DNA from: Lentisphaeria bacterium UBA1724
Lineage (GTDB): Bacteria; Verrucomicrobiota; Lentisphaeria; Oligosphaerales; Oligosphaeraceae
Direction: 5' to 3'
Assembly: GCA_002315885.1 (NCBI GenBank)
Contig: DCIO01000110.1
Location: forward strand, 201-64,200
DNA: 64,000 nt
Numbering within the stretch: the stretch's first letter is position 1; each line of letters starts with the position of its first letter. The notes below the pieces were generated by a model. It did not search any database and was not told where the DNA came from. It saw nothing but the letters and a program-made list of their open reading frames with translations. Below, one piece after another: positions 43,476 through 50,946 of this stretch. The position numbers and the translations under genes were made by a program.

Positions 43476-43955
43476 ATGTTACTCTACCATGGGAGCAATC
43501 AAGCAGTTACGCAACCTGTGCTGTTGCGTCCAGAACGCCGTCTTGATTTCGGCATGGGGTTCTATTTGACTTCCTCACGGGAACAGGCGGAGCGATGGGC
43601 AGTCCGCACTTGGGAACGCAGAAAACAAGGGCGTCCGACTACGACTGTATTCGAATACCCGTTTCCAGTTCCTAAAGATTTGACTGTCCTGACTTTTCCG
43701 CGGGCCAATGCCGATTGGCTGGAGTTCGTTGCGGCAAATCGCCGGGGAATGTCTGTAAATGATAACTACGATCTCATAGTAGGGCCTGTGGCCAATGATC
43801 AAACTGTTACTACTGTGACTCTTTTCCTGGGAGGATTCCTGGAGCTGGAGGAGGCTATTCGTCGTCTGGCGCCTCAGAGATTGTGTGATCAATATGTCTG
43901 TAAAACAGAAAAAGCTCTTGGACTGCTTACTCTATCTGAGGTGATTGAGCAATGA
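43476..43955 (+). CDS. DUF3990-domain protein
   Basis: MLLYHGSNQ...LDFGMGFYLTSSREQAERWA is the DUF3990 N-terminal pattern as I remember it. AT-richer than the flanks. ATG at 43476 preferred within ORF 43449..43955. Confidence 0.75.
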   Translation: MLLYHGSNQAVTQPVLLRPERRLDFGMGFYLTSSREQAERWAVRTWERRKQGRPTTTVFEYPFPVPKDLTVLTFPRANADWLEFVAANRRGMSVNDNYDLIVGPVANDQTVTTVTLFLGGFLELEEAIRRLAPQRLCDQYVCKTEKALGLLTLSEVIEQ

Positions 43956-44200
43956 ATGAAAAATTTATGCCATTTCTTCTTGACTTCTACTGCCGTGAAG
44001 TCGTAACACGAATTTGCGAAAAGTATTCCCTTTCGGAGTTCGATGCAATGCGTCGTTTCCTCTTCTCCCAGACATACGAGATGCTATCAAATCCCAAAAT
44101 GGCAATGTGGGAATTTGGTCAGGCCGCCCTCTTTGAAATTTGGGAGTGCGAACAAGAGACAGGAAATCCAAGGAACTCTCAATATATTGCAGGAGAATAA
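43952..44200 (+). CDS. DUF3791-domain protein (copy 1)
   Basis: 82 aa. The start overlaps the DUF3990 stop (ATGA). Helical, ...YSLSEFDAMRRFLFSQTYEML... Confidence 0.7.
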   Translation: MNEKFMPFLLDFYCREVVTRICEKYSLSEFDAMRRFLFSQTYEMLSNPKMAMWEFGQAALFEIWECEQETGNPRNSQYIAGE

Positions 44201-44201
44201 G

Positions 44202-44435
44202 ATGAAGGAACTCTCCAAGGAAATGCAATTCTTTATCTTCCTCTTGGAACAGTACGCATACGCAAAGGGGATGCCGGCTGATACAATTCTGAAACAGTGG
44301 GATGAATGTGGCATCACCATGCGAATCTTCAGAATGTATGACCTCTATCATTGTGAAGCATTGGAAAATGCCTTCCAAGATATAGATGCCATGTTGGCAG
44401 AAGTGAACGACTCTTCAAAGGAAGGTAGCGCATAG
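44202..44435 (+). CDS. DUF3791-domain protein (copy 2)
   Basis: 77 aa from MKELSKEMQFFIFLLEQYAYAKGMP..., starting 1 nt after the previous stop. Part of listed ORF 44043..44435. Confidence 0.65.
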   Translation: MKELSKEMQFFIFLLEQYAYAKGMPADTILKQWDECGITMRIFRMYDLYHCEALENAFQDIDAMLAEVNDSSKEGSA

Positions 44436-44539
44436 AAAAACTGGTAGGTGTCGAAAAAAAGCATTTTTCAGAAAAAAAGTCCTTTTTTAAGAGGAAATGA
44501 CTTGAAATCTGAAAAAAAGACACTATCTTAAGCCCCGTT

Positions 44540-44616
44540 GCCAAAGTAGCTCAGTCGGTTAGAGCAGCTGGCTGTTAACCAGCGGGTCCGGGGTTCAAGT
44601 CCCTGCTTTGGCGCCA
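44540..44616 (+). tRNA. tRNA-Asn (anticodon GTT), CCA encoded
   Basis: Cloverleaf drawn by hand. Acceptor GCCAAAG/CTTTGGC, D stem GCTC/GAGC, anticodon stem GCTGG/CCAGC with loop CTGTTAA, T arm CGGGG-TTCAAGT-CCCTG, discriminator G, CCA. Confidence 0.93.
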
Positions 44617-44623
44617 CTCTTAA

Positions 44624-44659
44624 AAGCGCTCGGTCGTCAACGGCCGGGCGCTTTTTTTT
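44624..44659 (+). terminator. Rho-independent terminator after tRNA-Asn
   Basis: AGCGCTCGGTCG-tcaa-CGGCCGGGCGCT (12-bp stem with two G-U pairs) followed by TTTTTTTT. Confidence 0.8.
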
Positions 44660-44702
44660 GCTCAAAATTTAGTAAAAACTATCAAAATTAGCAAATAAGT
44701 AT

Positions 44703-44724
44703 TTGACAAATCAAATTAAGTCAA
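44703..44724 (+). promoter_or_regulatory. Palindrome TTGAC-N12-GTCAA overlapping a putative -35/-10 (TTGACA ... TAGATT) upstream of lexA; candidate operator
   Basis: ttgacaaatcaaattaagtcaa read directly, about 70 nt upstream of the lexA ATG. Promoter and operator assignment is purely by eye. Confidence 0.3.
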
Positions 44725-44796
44725 TAGATTAAGGTCGTTATCACTGATTTTCTTTTGTGTTTTCAGGAGAAACTACCACAAAAACAGGAGCGACCA

Positions 44797-45420
44797 ATGA
44801 AAGGATTGACTGACAAACAGAAGCAGATTCTGGATTTTATCGGCAAATATGGCCAAGAGCAGGGCATGGCCCCTACCATCAATGAAATCAGCGACCACTT
44901 TGATGTGACGCCCGCTACCGCGTTTGCCCACGTGAAGGCCCTCCAGCGTAAGGGTGTCCTCAATCGTTCTTCCAAGGCACGGAGCATCTCTCTGCCTGGC
45001 ACCCCAAAGATGCACCACTTCTCCATGAGCCTCTCCATCCCTGTGCTGGGACGCATTTCCGCGGGAATCCCTGGCGAGGTGGAGGAGCATGTCGAACGCT
45101 ATGTCACTCTGGATCCGTCTCTGATTGCCAACCGTGCTCTCAATGGGCAGCCGCTCTTTGCGGTGAAGGTCCAGGGCGAAAGCATGAGGGATGCGGGCAT
45201 TCTGGATGGGGATCTGCTGATTGCCCAGAAGGCCGACAAGGTCAAAATCGGCGATGTGGTCATCGCGTGCCTGGATGACGCCGTCACCGTGAAATACATC
45301 TACCTCACCGATGGCAAATGGGAACTGCGCCCCGCCAATTCCGAGTTCTCTTCCCGTTTCGTGGATTTGGACAAATTGCAGGTCCAGGGGACCGTCATCG
45401 GATTGATGCGCCAGTATTAA
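44797..45420 (+). CDS. lexA: LexA repressor (SOS regulator)
   Basis: N-terminal wHTH (LTDKQKQILDFI...INEISDHFDVTPATAFAHVKALQRKGVL), Ala-Gly cleavage site (RISAGIP), S24 peptidase Ser/Lys (VQGESM ... VTVKYIY). AGGAG lies 6 nt upstream of the ATG. Confidence 0.93.
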   Translation: MKGLTDKQKQILDFIGKYGQEQGMAPTINEISDHFDVTPATAFAHVKALQRKGVLNRSSKARSISLPGTPKMHHFSMSLSIPVLGRISAGIPGEVEEHVERYVTLDPSLIANRALNGQPLFAVKVQGESMRDAGILDGDLLIAQKADKVKIGDVVIACLDDAVTVKYIYLTDGKWELRPANSEFSSRFVDLDKLQVQGTVIGLMRQY

Positions 45421-45429
45421 TTGGATGTC

Positions 45430-46152
45430 ATGGCGGAGTCAAAAGAACAACCGACGAAGGAGTCCCGCTGGTTTGCGCTGGCGGGGCGTCTGATTGGCGT
45501 TCTGGCACTGGCGGTGCTTTTTCTAGTGCCTGCCACCGCATTGATTGGTGGCGGTGTGGGGAAGGACCATTCCCCCGCCTTCCTGGTTGCCTGGGGGGGG
45601 GATGGCGGCTTGCCTGCCGTGGCGCTGGTGAATGCTTTGTCGGAGAGCGCGGAGGAGGCGGTGGTGCTCCTGCCTGGGTGTTCCACGGCGGGAAGCGCAC
45701 TGCGGACTTCCTTGCAAAATGACGGCGTGGCAATGCTGGCAGGGGTGTTTCTTCCCACTGGCGCACCTTATCCAAAAGGCGCTAAGGCGCTCCTCAAGGG
45801 GCTGGAGGTACGTCGGATTGTGGTGGCGGAGGATTCCAGAAGTCGCGGCGATTGGCAGAGCGTCATCCAGGATGCCGTGGAGACGGGCACCGCCATGGAA
45901 CGGCTACAACCCCAGGAGGGACGACAGTGGACAACGGAATTCGACGGGTGGACTTTTGTCTATCGGCGTCTTCCTGGCGGCGAAAACGAGGGGGAGCTTT
46001 ATCGTGGCAAGAATGGATGCCATTTTTTCTTCCGAAATCTGGAAAGCGGTGAATTCCTTCTGGAACGTCAGGAGGGTGAGGTGACGACACAGTTACTGGA
46101 ACTGCCTCGCATCAACCACAATGGCGTGAAGCGGATTCCTATGGGGAAATAG
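45430..46152 (+). CDS. Hypothetical membrane-anchored protein, tightly coupled to lexA
   Basis: ORF begins 1 nt (TTG) or 10 nt (ATG 45430) after the lexA stop. One N-terminal TM helix (WFALAGRLIGVLALAVLFLVPATALIGGG). I recognise no family. Confidence 0.6.
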   Translation: MAESKEQPTKESRWFALAGRLIGVLALAVLFLVPATALIGGGVGKDHSPAFLVAWGGDGGLPAVALVNALSESAEEAVVLLPGCSTAGSALRTSLQNDGVAMLAGVFLPTGAPYPKGAKALLKGLEVRRIVVAEDSRSRGDWQSVIQDAVETGTAMERLQPQEGRQWTTEFDGWTFVYRRLPGGENEGELYRGKNGCHFFFRNLESGEFLLERQEGEVTTQLLELPRINHNGVKRIPMGK

Positions 46153-46261
46153 CCTTTTCGGAGAAAGAGTATTCCAGGGTTACGGCGATAGGGGCAATTT
46201 AGGATATATTGAGGAATTGGCGGAAAATAAAAGTGTGTGGCAATCGTTAATGGAGGTAGCA

Positions 46262-46696
46262 ATGAGTTCTTATGTAGAACTGCCCATGGGCATTAGCTTG
46301 ATTCCGTGTGATACTCTCATTGAGGATCGCATTTCGGGGAAGAAGTCTCTCGTGGGTATCATTGGCGCCATTCGGGTCACCAAGTTCCCCTGCGTCTATC
46401 CCGCGTTTCATTTGCTTGTCTCCCTGACCAGCGGCAATGGCAGCTACCCCTGCACGTTGGAGTTGGTTAGTGAGAGCAAGAACGAGGTGATTTTTTCGGG
46501 AAAGGGAACGCTGAAATTCAAGAACCCCACGCAGGTCGTGGATCTGGTCTTCATGCTCCAGCGTCTGAATTTCAACTACCCCGATACCTACTGGATTAAG
46601 TTCCTGGTGGATGGGGAAACCCTGATGATGCGCCCCTTGCACGTGACCTTGCTGGACCCCCCGGAGGATTCCGCAAAACGCGATGCTTCGCTCTAA
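46262..46696 (+). CDS. Small hypothetical protein (beta-rich; possibly DUF6941-like)
   Basis: 144 aa from the ATG at 46262, preceded by GGAGG 5 nt upstream. Pattern IPCD...GIIGAI...FP...FHLLVSL...WIKFLVDGE resembles DUF6941 from memory; low certainty on family. Confidence 0.6.
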   Translation: MSSYVELPMGISLIPCDTLIEDRISGKKSLVGIIGAIRVTKFPCVYPAFHLLVSLTSGNGSYPCTLELVSESKNEVIFSGKGTLKFKNPTQVVDLVFMLQRLNFNYPDTYWIKFLVDGETLMMRPLHVTLLDPPEDSAKRDASL

Positions 46697-46703
46697 ACCT
46701 TTT

Positions 46704-46862
46704 TTTCGCCCTAAAGGGCTCACACAGGACAGAAGGATCTCGTACCTGCTCAAGGGCTCACACAGGACAGAAGGGCCTCGAAGCTGCTCCAGGTTTTCCA
46801 GTTTTCGCCCTAAAGGGCTCACACAGGACAGAAGGGCATCGGAGTTGCTCCAGGTTTTCCAG
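46704..46862 (+). repeat. Three CACAGGAC elements (one 5'-truncated) embedded in a ~62-bp tandem unit
   Basis: Copies at 46704, 46752 and 46803. The last two are each followed by ...gctccaggttttccag. All GCCC/GGGC stem variant. Confidence 0.88.
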
Positions 46863-46908
46863 TTTTCCCAGTGGCGAAGAGGGGTATGGGGAAACCTCCC
46901 CATCCTTC

Positions 46909-46939
46909 ATTAAGCATTAAGCATCAAGCATTAAGCATT
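46909..46939. repeat. Tandem heptamer array (ATTAAGC) x ~4.4, 8 nt upstream of gspF ATG
   Basis: attaagc attaagc atcaagc attaagc att read directly. Preceded by hairpin ATGGGGA-aacc-TCCCCAT (46886-46903). Confidence 0.9.
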
Positions 46940-46946
46940 TCAAAGA

Positions 46947-48143
46947 ATGCCGTTATTCAAATACAAAGTCAGTGATGCCGCAGGCAAGGTCAGCGAAATC
47001 CTCATCGAGGGCGATTCGCAGAATGACGCCGCGCGGCGTTTGCAGCGTCGTGGGATGGTCCCCTTGGCGTTCCTGGGGGAGGGCGCAGCCGCGCGTGGTC
47101 ACCAGGGTTTCCTGAAGAAGGGCGTGGATGTGGTGGATTTCACGGATAGGTTGGTGCCCTTGCTGGAGGCGAATATCCCCCTGGAGCGAGCACTGGCAAT
47201 TCTGGGAGACGAACCCGATAACCCACAGCTGCAGAAGTTGGTGGGGGATTTACGCCGTGGACTTCATGAAGGCCGCCGTCTTTCTGATTTGGTCAAAGAC
47301 CAGGGAAGCACCTTCCCCGCAGTCTATGCGGGTGTGGTGGAGGCCGGCGAGGAGGCTGGCGCTCTGCCGCAGGTGATGGGGCAGCTGCGGAATTTCATGA
47401 CTACCGCAGCAGAACTCAAGAGCTTCATCATCTCCAGTTCCATTTATCCCGGCTTCATTGCAGTGGCGGGTATCGCCATGCTGGGGTTTGTGCTGGGTGT
47501 CATCGTCCCGAAATTCGCCACCTCCCTGGCAGGGGCGGGCATCCAATCCGCCGCCACGGATTTCCTGATGGCGGTCTCCAATTTCGTGCGGTCATACTGG
47601 TGGATTTCCTTTATCCTGGTGGCGCTCTTGATTTGGATGATTTCACAAATCCGCCGGACTGACACGGGCCTTCGTCGCTGGTGGGATAGCCTCACGGTGA
47701 AGTTGCCCATTTTCGGCAAATTGGTCCTCTACAGCAATCTCTCCCGTTTTGCCCGGACCATGGCGATTCTGATGCGCAGTGGCGTGCCGCTGTTGAATAC
47801 CGTCTCCATCGCCAATCGCGTCATCCAGAATCTGACCATGCGTGGGTCCCTGGACGAAGTGGCGGGAGAATTGCGTCAGGGACAGAAGATTTCTGGGGCA
47901 CTCTCCAAGAGCAACTACATTCCTTCCATGATGCTCCGTATGATTTCCGTGGGCGAAGAGACGGGCAATGTGGAAGAGATGCTGGACCGTGTGGCGGACC
48001 GCTACGAAAATGACCTGAAGAAGTCCATCAAGCGTCTGCTCTCCCTTTTCGAGCCACTGATCATTGTCTTCCTGGGATTGGGCATCGGTCTGGTGGTGCT
48101 GTTGATGTTCACGGCCATCATGGATATGCAGCACGCGGTATAA
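46947..48143 (+). CDS. gspF: Type II secretion system protein F (GspF/PilC family)
   Basis: 398 aa. Two T2SSF repeats with three TM segments; typical N-terminus MPLFKYKVSDAAGKV...EGDSQNDAARRLQRRG. Confidence 0.88.
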   Translation: MPLFKYKVSDAAGKVSEILIEGDSQNDAARRLQRRGMVPLAFLGEGAAARGHQGFLKKGVDVVDFTDRLVPLLEANIPLERALAILGDEPDNPQLQKLVGDLRRGLHEGRRLSDLVKDQGSTFPAVYAGVVEAGEEAGALPQVMGQLRNFMTTAAELKSFIISSSIYPGFIAVAGIAMLGFVLGVIVPKFATSLAGAGIQSAATDFLMAVSNFVRSYWWISFILVALLIWMISQIRRTDTGLRRWWDSLTVKLPIFGKLVLYSNLSRFARTMAILMRSGVPLLNTVSIANRVIQNLTMRGSLDEVAGELRQGQKISGALSKSNYIPSMMLRMISVGEETGNVEEMLDRVADRYENDLKKSIKRLLSLFEPLIIVFLGLGIGLVVLLMFTAIMDMQHAV

Positions 48144-48207
48144 TTCACGCCAAAAGAACAACCTGAATTTCTTTCATTCGAACTCTCCAACGGAAAAATT
48201 ACCCATT

Positions 48208-48645
48208 ATGGAAAAGTCTGTCAACAAGAAAATGCGCCGCATGGCGGTGCGCCGCTCTTTTACCTTGATTGAAATCATGATTGTCGTGGTCATCATCGGT
48301 ATGCTTGCCGCATTGGTGGGACCACAGATCATCGGTTCGCTGGACAAGGCGCGCGTCAAGACCACACAGGCGCAGTTGATGAACCTCAAGGACGCCGTCC
48401 AGTCCTTCTATATGGATTGCAGCGAATATCCCGCCAGCTTGGATGACCTCATGACCAAGACCAGCAATTCCAAGTGGGAAGGCCCCTATCTGGATGCCAA
48501 GAACCTGCCGAAAGACGGCTGGGATAATGATTTTACCTACACCTGCCCGGGTTCCGATGGACAGCCCTTCGATATCATGAGCTACGGCGCAGATAAGACT
48601 CAGGGCGGAGAGGGCTACAACGCCGATCTCTCCTGCTGGCAGTAG
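48208..48645 (+). CDS. gspG: Type II secretion major pseudopilin GspG
   Basis: FTLIEIMIVVVIIGMLAALVGP prepilin N-terminus plus GspG core (KARVKTTQAQLMNLKDAV..., WEGPYL, DGWDNDFTY, SYGADK). Confidence 0.9.
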   Translation: MEKSVNKKMRRMAVRRSFTLIEIMIVVVIIGMLAALVGPQIIGSLDKARVKTTQAQLMNLKDAVQSFYMDCSEYPASLDDLMTKTSNSKWEGPYLDAKNLPKDGWDNDFTYTCPGSDGQPFDIMSYGADKTQGGEGYNADLSCWQ

Positions 48646-48650
48646 GGCGA

Positions 48651-48686
48651 TTCTCAATTCTCAATTCTCAATTCTCAATTCTCAAT
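48651..48686. repeat. Tandem heptamer array (TTCTCAA = rotation of TCAATTC) x5, 5 nt after the gspG stop
   Basis: ttctcaa x5 read directly. Reverse complement of the GAATTGA array at 16685-16720, i.e. the same orientation relative to the upstream gene. Confidence 0.9.
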
Positions 48687-48691
48687 GTAGG

Positions 48692-48716
48692 CAAGGGGAG
48701 GTATCCCTTTTTTTAT
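48692..48716 (+). terminator. Weak hairpin plus T-run between gspG and gspH (possible attenuating terminator)
   Basis: AAGGG-gaggtat-CCCTT followed by TTTTTT. Only a 5-bp stem. Confidence 0.4.
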
Positions 48717-48725
48717 CGAATTCGC

Positions 48726-49268
48726 ATGTCGTCTTGTTTTTGCCAACGCCGTAGCTACACCATGATTGAGATGATTGTGGTGTGCGTCATCATCATGTTG
48801 GTGGTGGCGTTGGTGGCACCGCGTGTCGGTGGTGGCGGTCGTCGCATGGCGGCGGAGCAGGCCTTGTCGGCGATACGTGAGGCATACGGCGAGACGGCCA
48901 TGCGTGCCCGTGCCACGGGGAAACCCATGGTATTGGTCTTGAATCCCGGTCAGAAGAGCTTCCAGGTCTCGAGTCTGACCCAGTCCCTGGACAAGGATTG
49001 GCATCCCGGTGTCCTGGCGCCGTTGACTGGGACGGAAGGGAAGGGCGCTATCCTGCCTGGAGCCAATTCCTACGACGTGCCTGACGGCGTTGAGTGGACG
49101 GAATTGCCCGAGAATACGGATGGCTATGATGGCATCGCATACTTTTTCTATCCCGATGGGGAGGCCGCTGGACCCGAGGTCGCCTGGAATATGCATGGTC
49201 GTTCCTATCGACTGATTATGGATAGTGTCCTGGGAAAGGCCACGATACTGGAAGAACTGACGAGATAA
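48726..49268 (+). CDS. gspH: Type II secretion minor pseudopilin, GspH-like
   Basis: SYTMIEMIVVCVIIMLVVALVAP prepilin-like N-terminus. 180 aa, located 3' of gspG. Subfamily (H) assignment is tentative. Confidence 0.65.
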   Translation: MSSCFCQRRSYTMIEMIVVCVIIMLVVALVAPRVGGGGRRMAAEQALSAIREAYGETAMRARATGKPMVLVLNPGQKSFQVSSLTQSLDKDWHPGVLAPLTGTEGKGAILPGANSYDVPDGVEWTELPENTDGYDGIAYFFYPDGEAAGPEVAWNMHGRSYRLIMDSVLGKATILEELTR

Positions 49269-49270
49269 CT

Positions 49271-49897
49271 ATGATTGCGCAATTGACGGGAACCCTTTTG
49301 GAGTGCACTGCGGAAAAGGCGGTGGTGGATGTGCATGGCGTGGGATACGAGATGCTGATACCCGTCTCTACCGCGGAAAAACTCCCTCCGGTGGATGCCT
49401 CGGTCACCCTCTATACCTCCATGGCGGTTCGGGAGGACGCCATCACCCTCTATGGCTTTGCCACCCGCCAGGAAAAGCGCCTCTTCGAGACCATCGTGGC
49501 GTCGGTGAAGGGCTTTGGTCCTCGCATGGCGCTGGGGGTGCTCTCATCTATGTCCATCCCTGCGCTATTGCAGGCGGTGGCTTCCGAAGACTTGAAATTG
49601 CTGTCGAAAATCAACGGCGTTGGCAAGAAGAGTGCCGCCCAGTTGGTTCTGGATTTGAAGGGCCATATCGGCGAATTCGGGGAGGCCACGGGGATTGCAC
49701 CCGCTGCCGTATCCGGCGAAGCTGCCCCCAAGGAGCTCTCTTCCGCGGCGCAGGATGCCGTCAAGGCCCTGGAGACCCTGGGCTACAAGCACGACGATGC
49801 CCAGAAGGCAATCCAGGCGGTCCTGGCGGATGCTCAGGGACAGGAGCTCTCTACCTCTGCGTTGATTACGCGTTCTCTGGGAAAATTTCGGAGCTAG
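49271..49897 (+). CDS. ruvA: Holliday junction branch-migration complex subunit RuvA
   Basis: MIAQLTGTLLE...VVDVHGVGYEM..., HhH motifs (INGVGKKSAAQLVLDLK), C-terminal domain III. Confidence 0.92.
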   Translation: MIAQLTGTLLECTAEKAVVDVHGVGYEMLIPVSTAEKLPPVDASVTLYTSMAVREDAITLYGFATRQEKRLFETIVASVKGFGPRMALGVLSSMSIPALLQAVASEDLKLLSKINGVGKKSAAQLVLDLKGHIGEFGEATGIAPAAVSGEAAPKELSSAAQDAVKALETLGYKHDDAQKAIQAVLADAQGQELSTSALITRSLGKFRS

Positions 49898-49910
49898 GGG
49901 GTAATTTCGC

Positions 49911-50942
49911 ATGGCATCAGAAGATACTCGTTTTATCACCTCTGAGATGAACTCCAAGGAAGAGGAGTTCGACAAGAGCCTCCGTCCGCAGATGTTTGCG
50001 GATTTTCCGGGGCAGGGGAATGTGAAGGAGCAACTCCAGATTATGGTCGCCGCGGCCACGGGGCGTGGCGAGCCCCTGAACCACGTGCTGCTGTCGGGAC
50101 CTCCTGGATTGGGCAAGACCACCCTGGCCAATATCATTGCCAATGCCTGCGGACGTCAGCTTAAAGCCACCAGCGGACCCGTCATTGAAAAGCCCGGCGA
50201 TTTGGCGGGGTTGCTTTCCAGTCTGGATGAGGGCGATGTGCTTTTCATCGATGAAATCCACCGCCTGCCCCGTCAGGTGGAGGAATACCTCTACAGCGCC
50301 ATGGAGGACTTCCGCATCGACATCATGGTGGATTCCGGCGTGGCCGCCCGTTCCGTGCAGGTCAATCTGCCCCATTTCTGCCTGATTGGCGCCACCACCC
50401 GTCAGGGGAAGCTCTCGGCGCCTTTGCGGGACCGCTTCACCATGAAATGCCGAATGGCGTATTACTCGCCTTTGGAACTCCAGACTATCCTGATACGCAG
50501 CGCGCGGGTACTTTCCGTACAAGCGGAGGAAGAGGGACTTCTGGAAATCGCGCGCCGCGCGCGGGGGACTCCCCGTATCGCCAACAACCTCCTTCGGTGG
50601 GTGCGGGATTTCGCACAGGTCCGGCATTCTTCCGTGGTGACCAAACCCATTGCCGCTGAAGCCCTGAAGATGCTCAATATCGATGACGACGGATTGGACG
50701 AAATGGACAACCGGATCCTGGAGACCATCATCGTCAAGTTCAAGGAACGCCCCGTGGGACTGAAGTCCCTGGCGGTAGCCGTGGGCGAGGAAGAAGAGAC
50801 CATCGAGGATGTCTACGAACCCTACCTCATCCAGGAGGGGTTCCTCCTGCGTACTCCCAGCGGCCGAATCGTCACCGACCGAGCCCTGCGGCGCTTCGGG
50901 CGCACTTCCGGAACCGCGCCCCATCAACCCGAACTCTTCTAA
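49911..50942 (+). CDS. ruvB: Holliday junction DNA helicase RuvB
   Basis: LRPQMFADFPGQ, GPPGLGKTTLA, LFIDEIHRL, GATTR, RGTPRIANNLLRWVRD. Confidence 0.95.
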   Translation: MASEDTRFITSEMNSKEEEFDKSLRPQMFADFPGQGNVKEQLQIMVAAATGRGEPLNHVLLSGPPGLGKTTLANIIANACGRQLKATSGPVIEKPGDLAGLLSSLDEGDVLFIDEIHRLPRQVEEYLYSAMEDFRIDIMVDSGVAARSVQVNLPHFCLIGATTRQGKLSAPLRDRFTMKCRMAYYSPLELQTILIRSARVLSVQAEEEGLLEIARRARGTPRIANNLLRWVRDFAQVRHSSVVTKPIAAEALKMLNIDDDGLDEMDNRILETIIVKFKERPVGLKSLAVAVGEEEETIEDVYEPYLIQEGFLLRTPSGRIVTDRALRRFGRTSGTAPHQPELF

Positions 50943-50946
50943 ATAA

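Noticed and set aside
43404-44616. Classical tRNA-integrated genomic island or prophage remnant at tRNA-Asn
   Set aside because: No integrase is present. I found no direct repeat of the tRNA 3' end at the far boundary. The AT-rich genes lie 5' of the tRNA rather than 3' of it. I therefore report it only as an AT-rich islet adjacent to a tRNA.
46247-46903. 218-aa minus-strand ORF
   Set aside because: It overlaps the well-supported plus-strand gene 46262..46696. Its remainder is the open frame of three tandem CACAGGAC elements (repeated ..LLSCVSPLGRK..), so it is an artefact of repeat DNA being stop-free in that frame.
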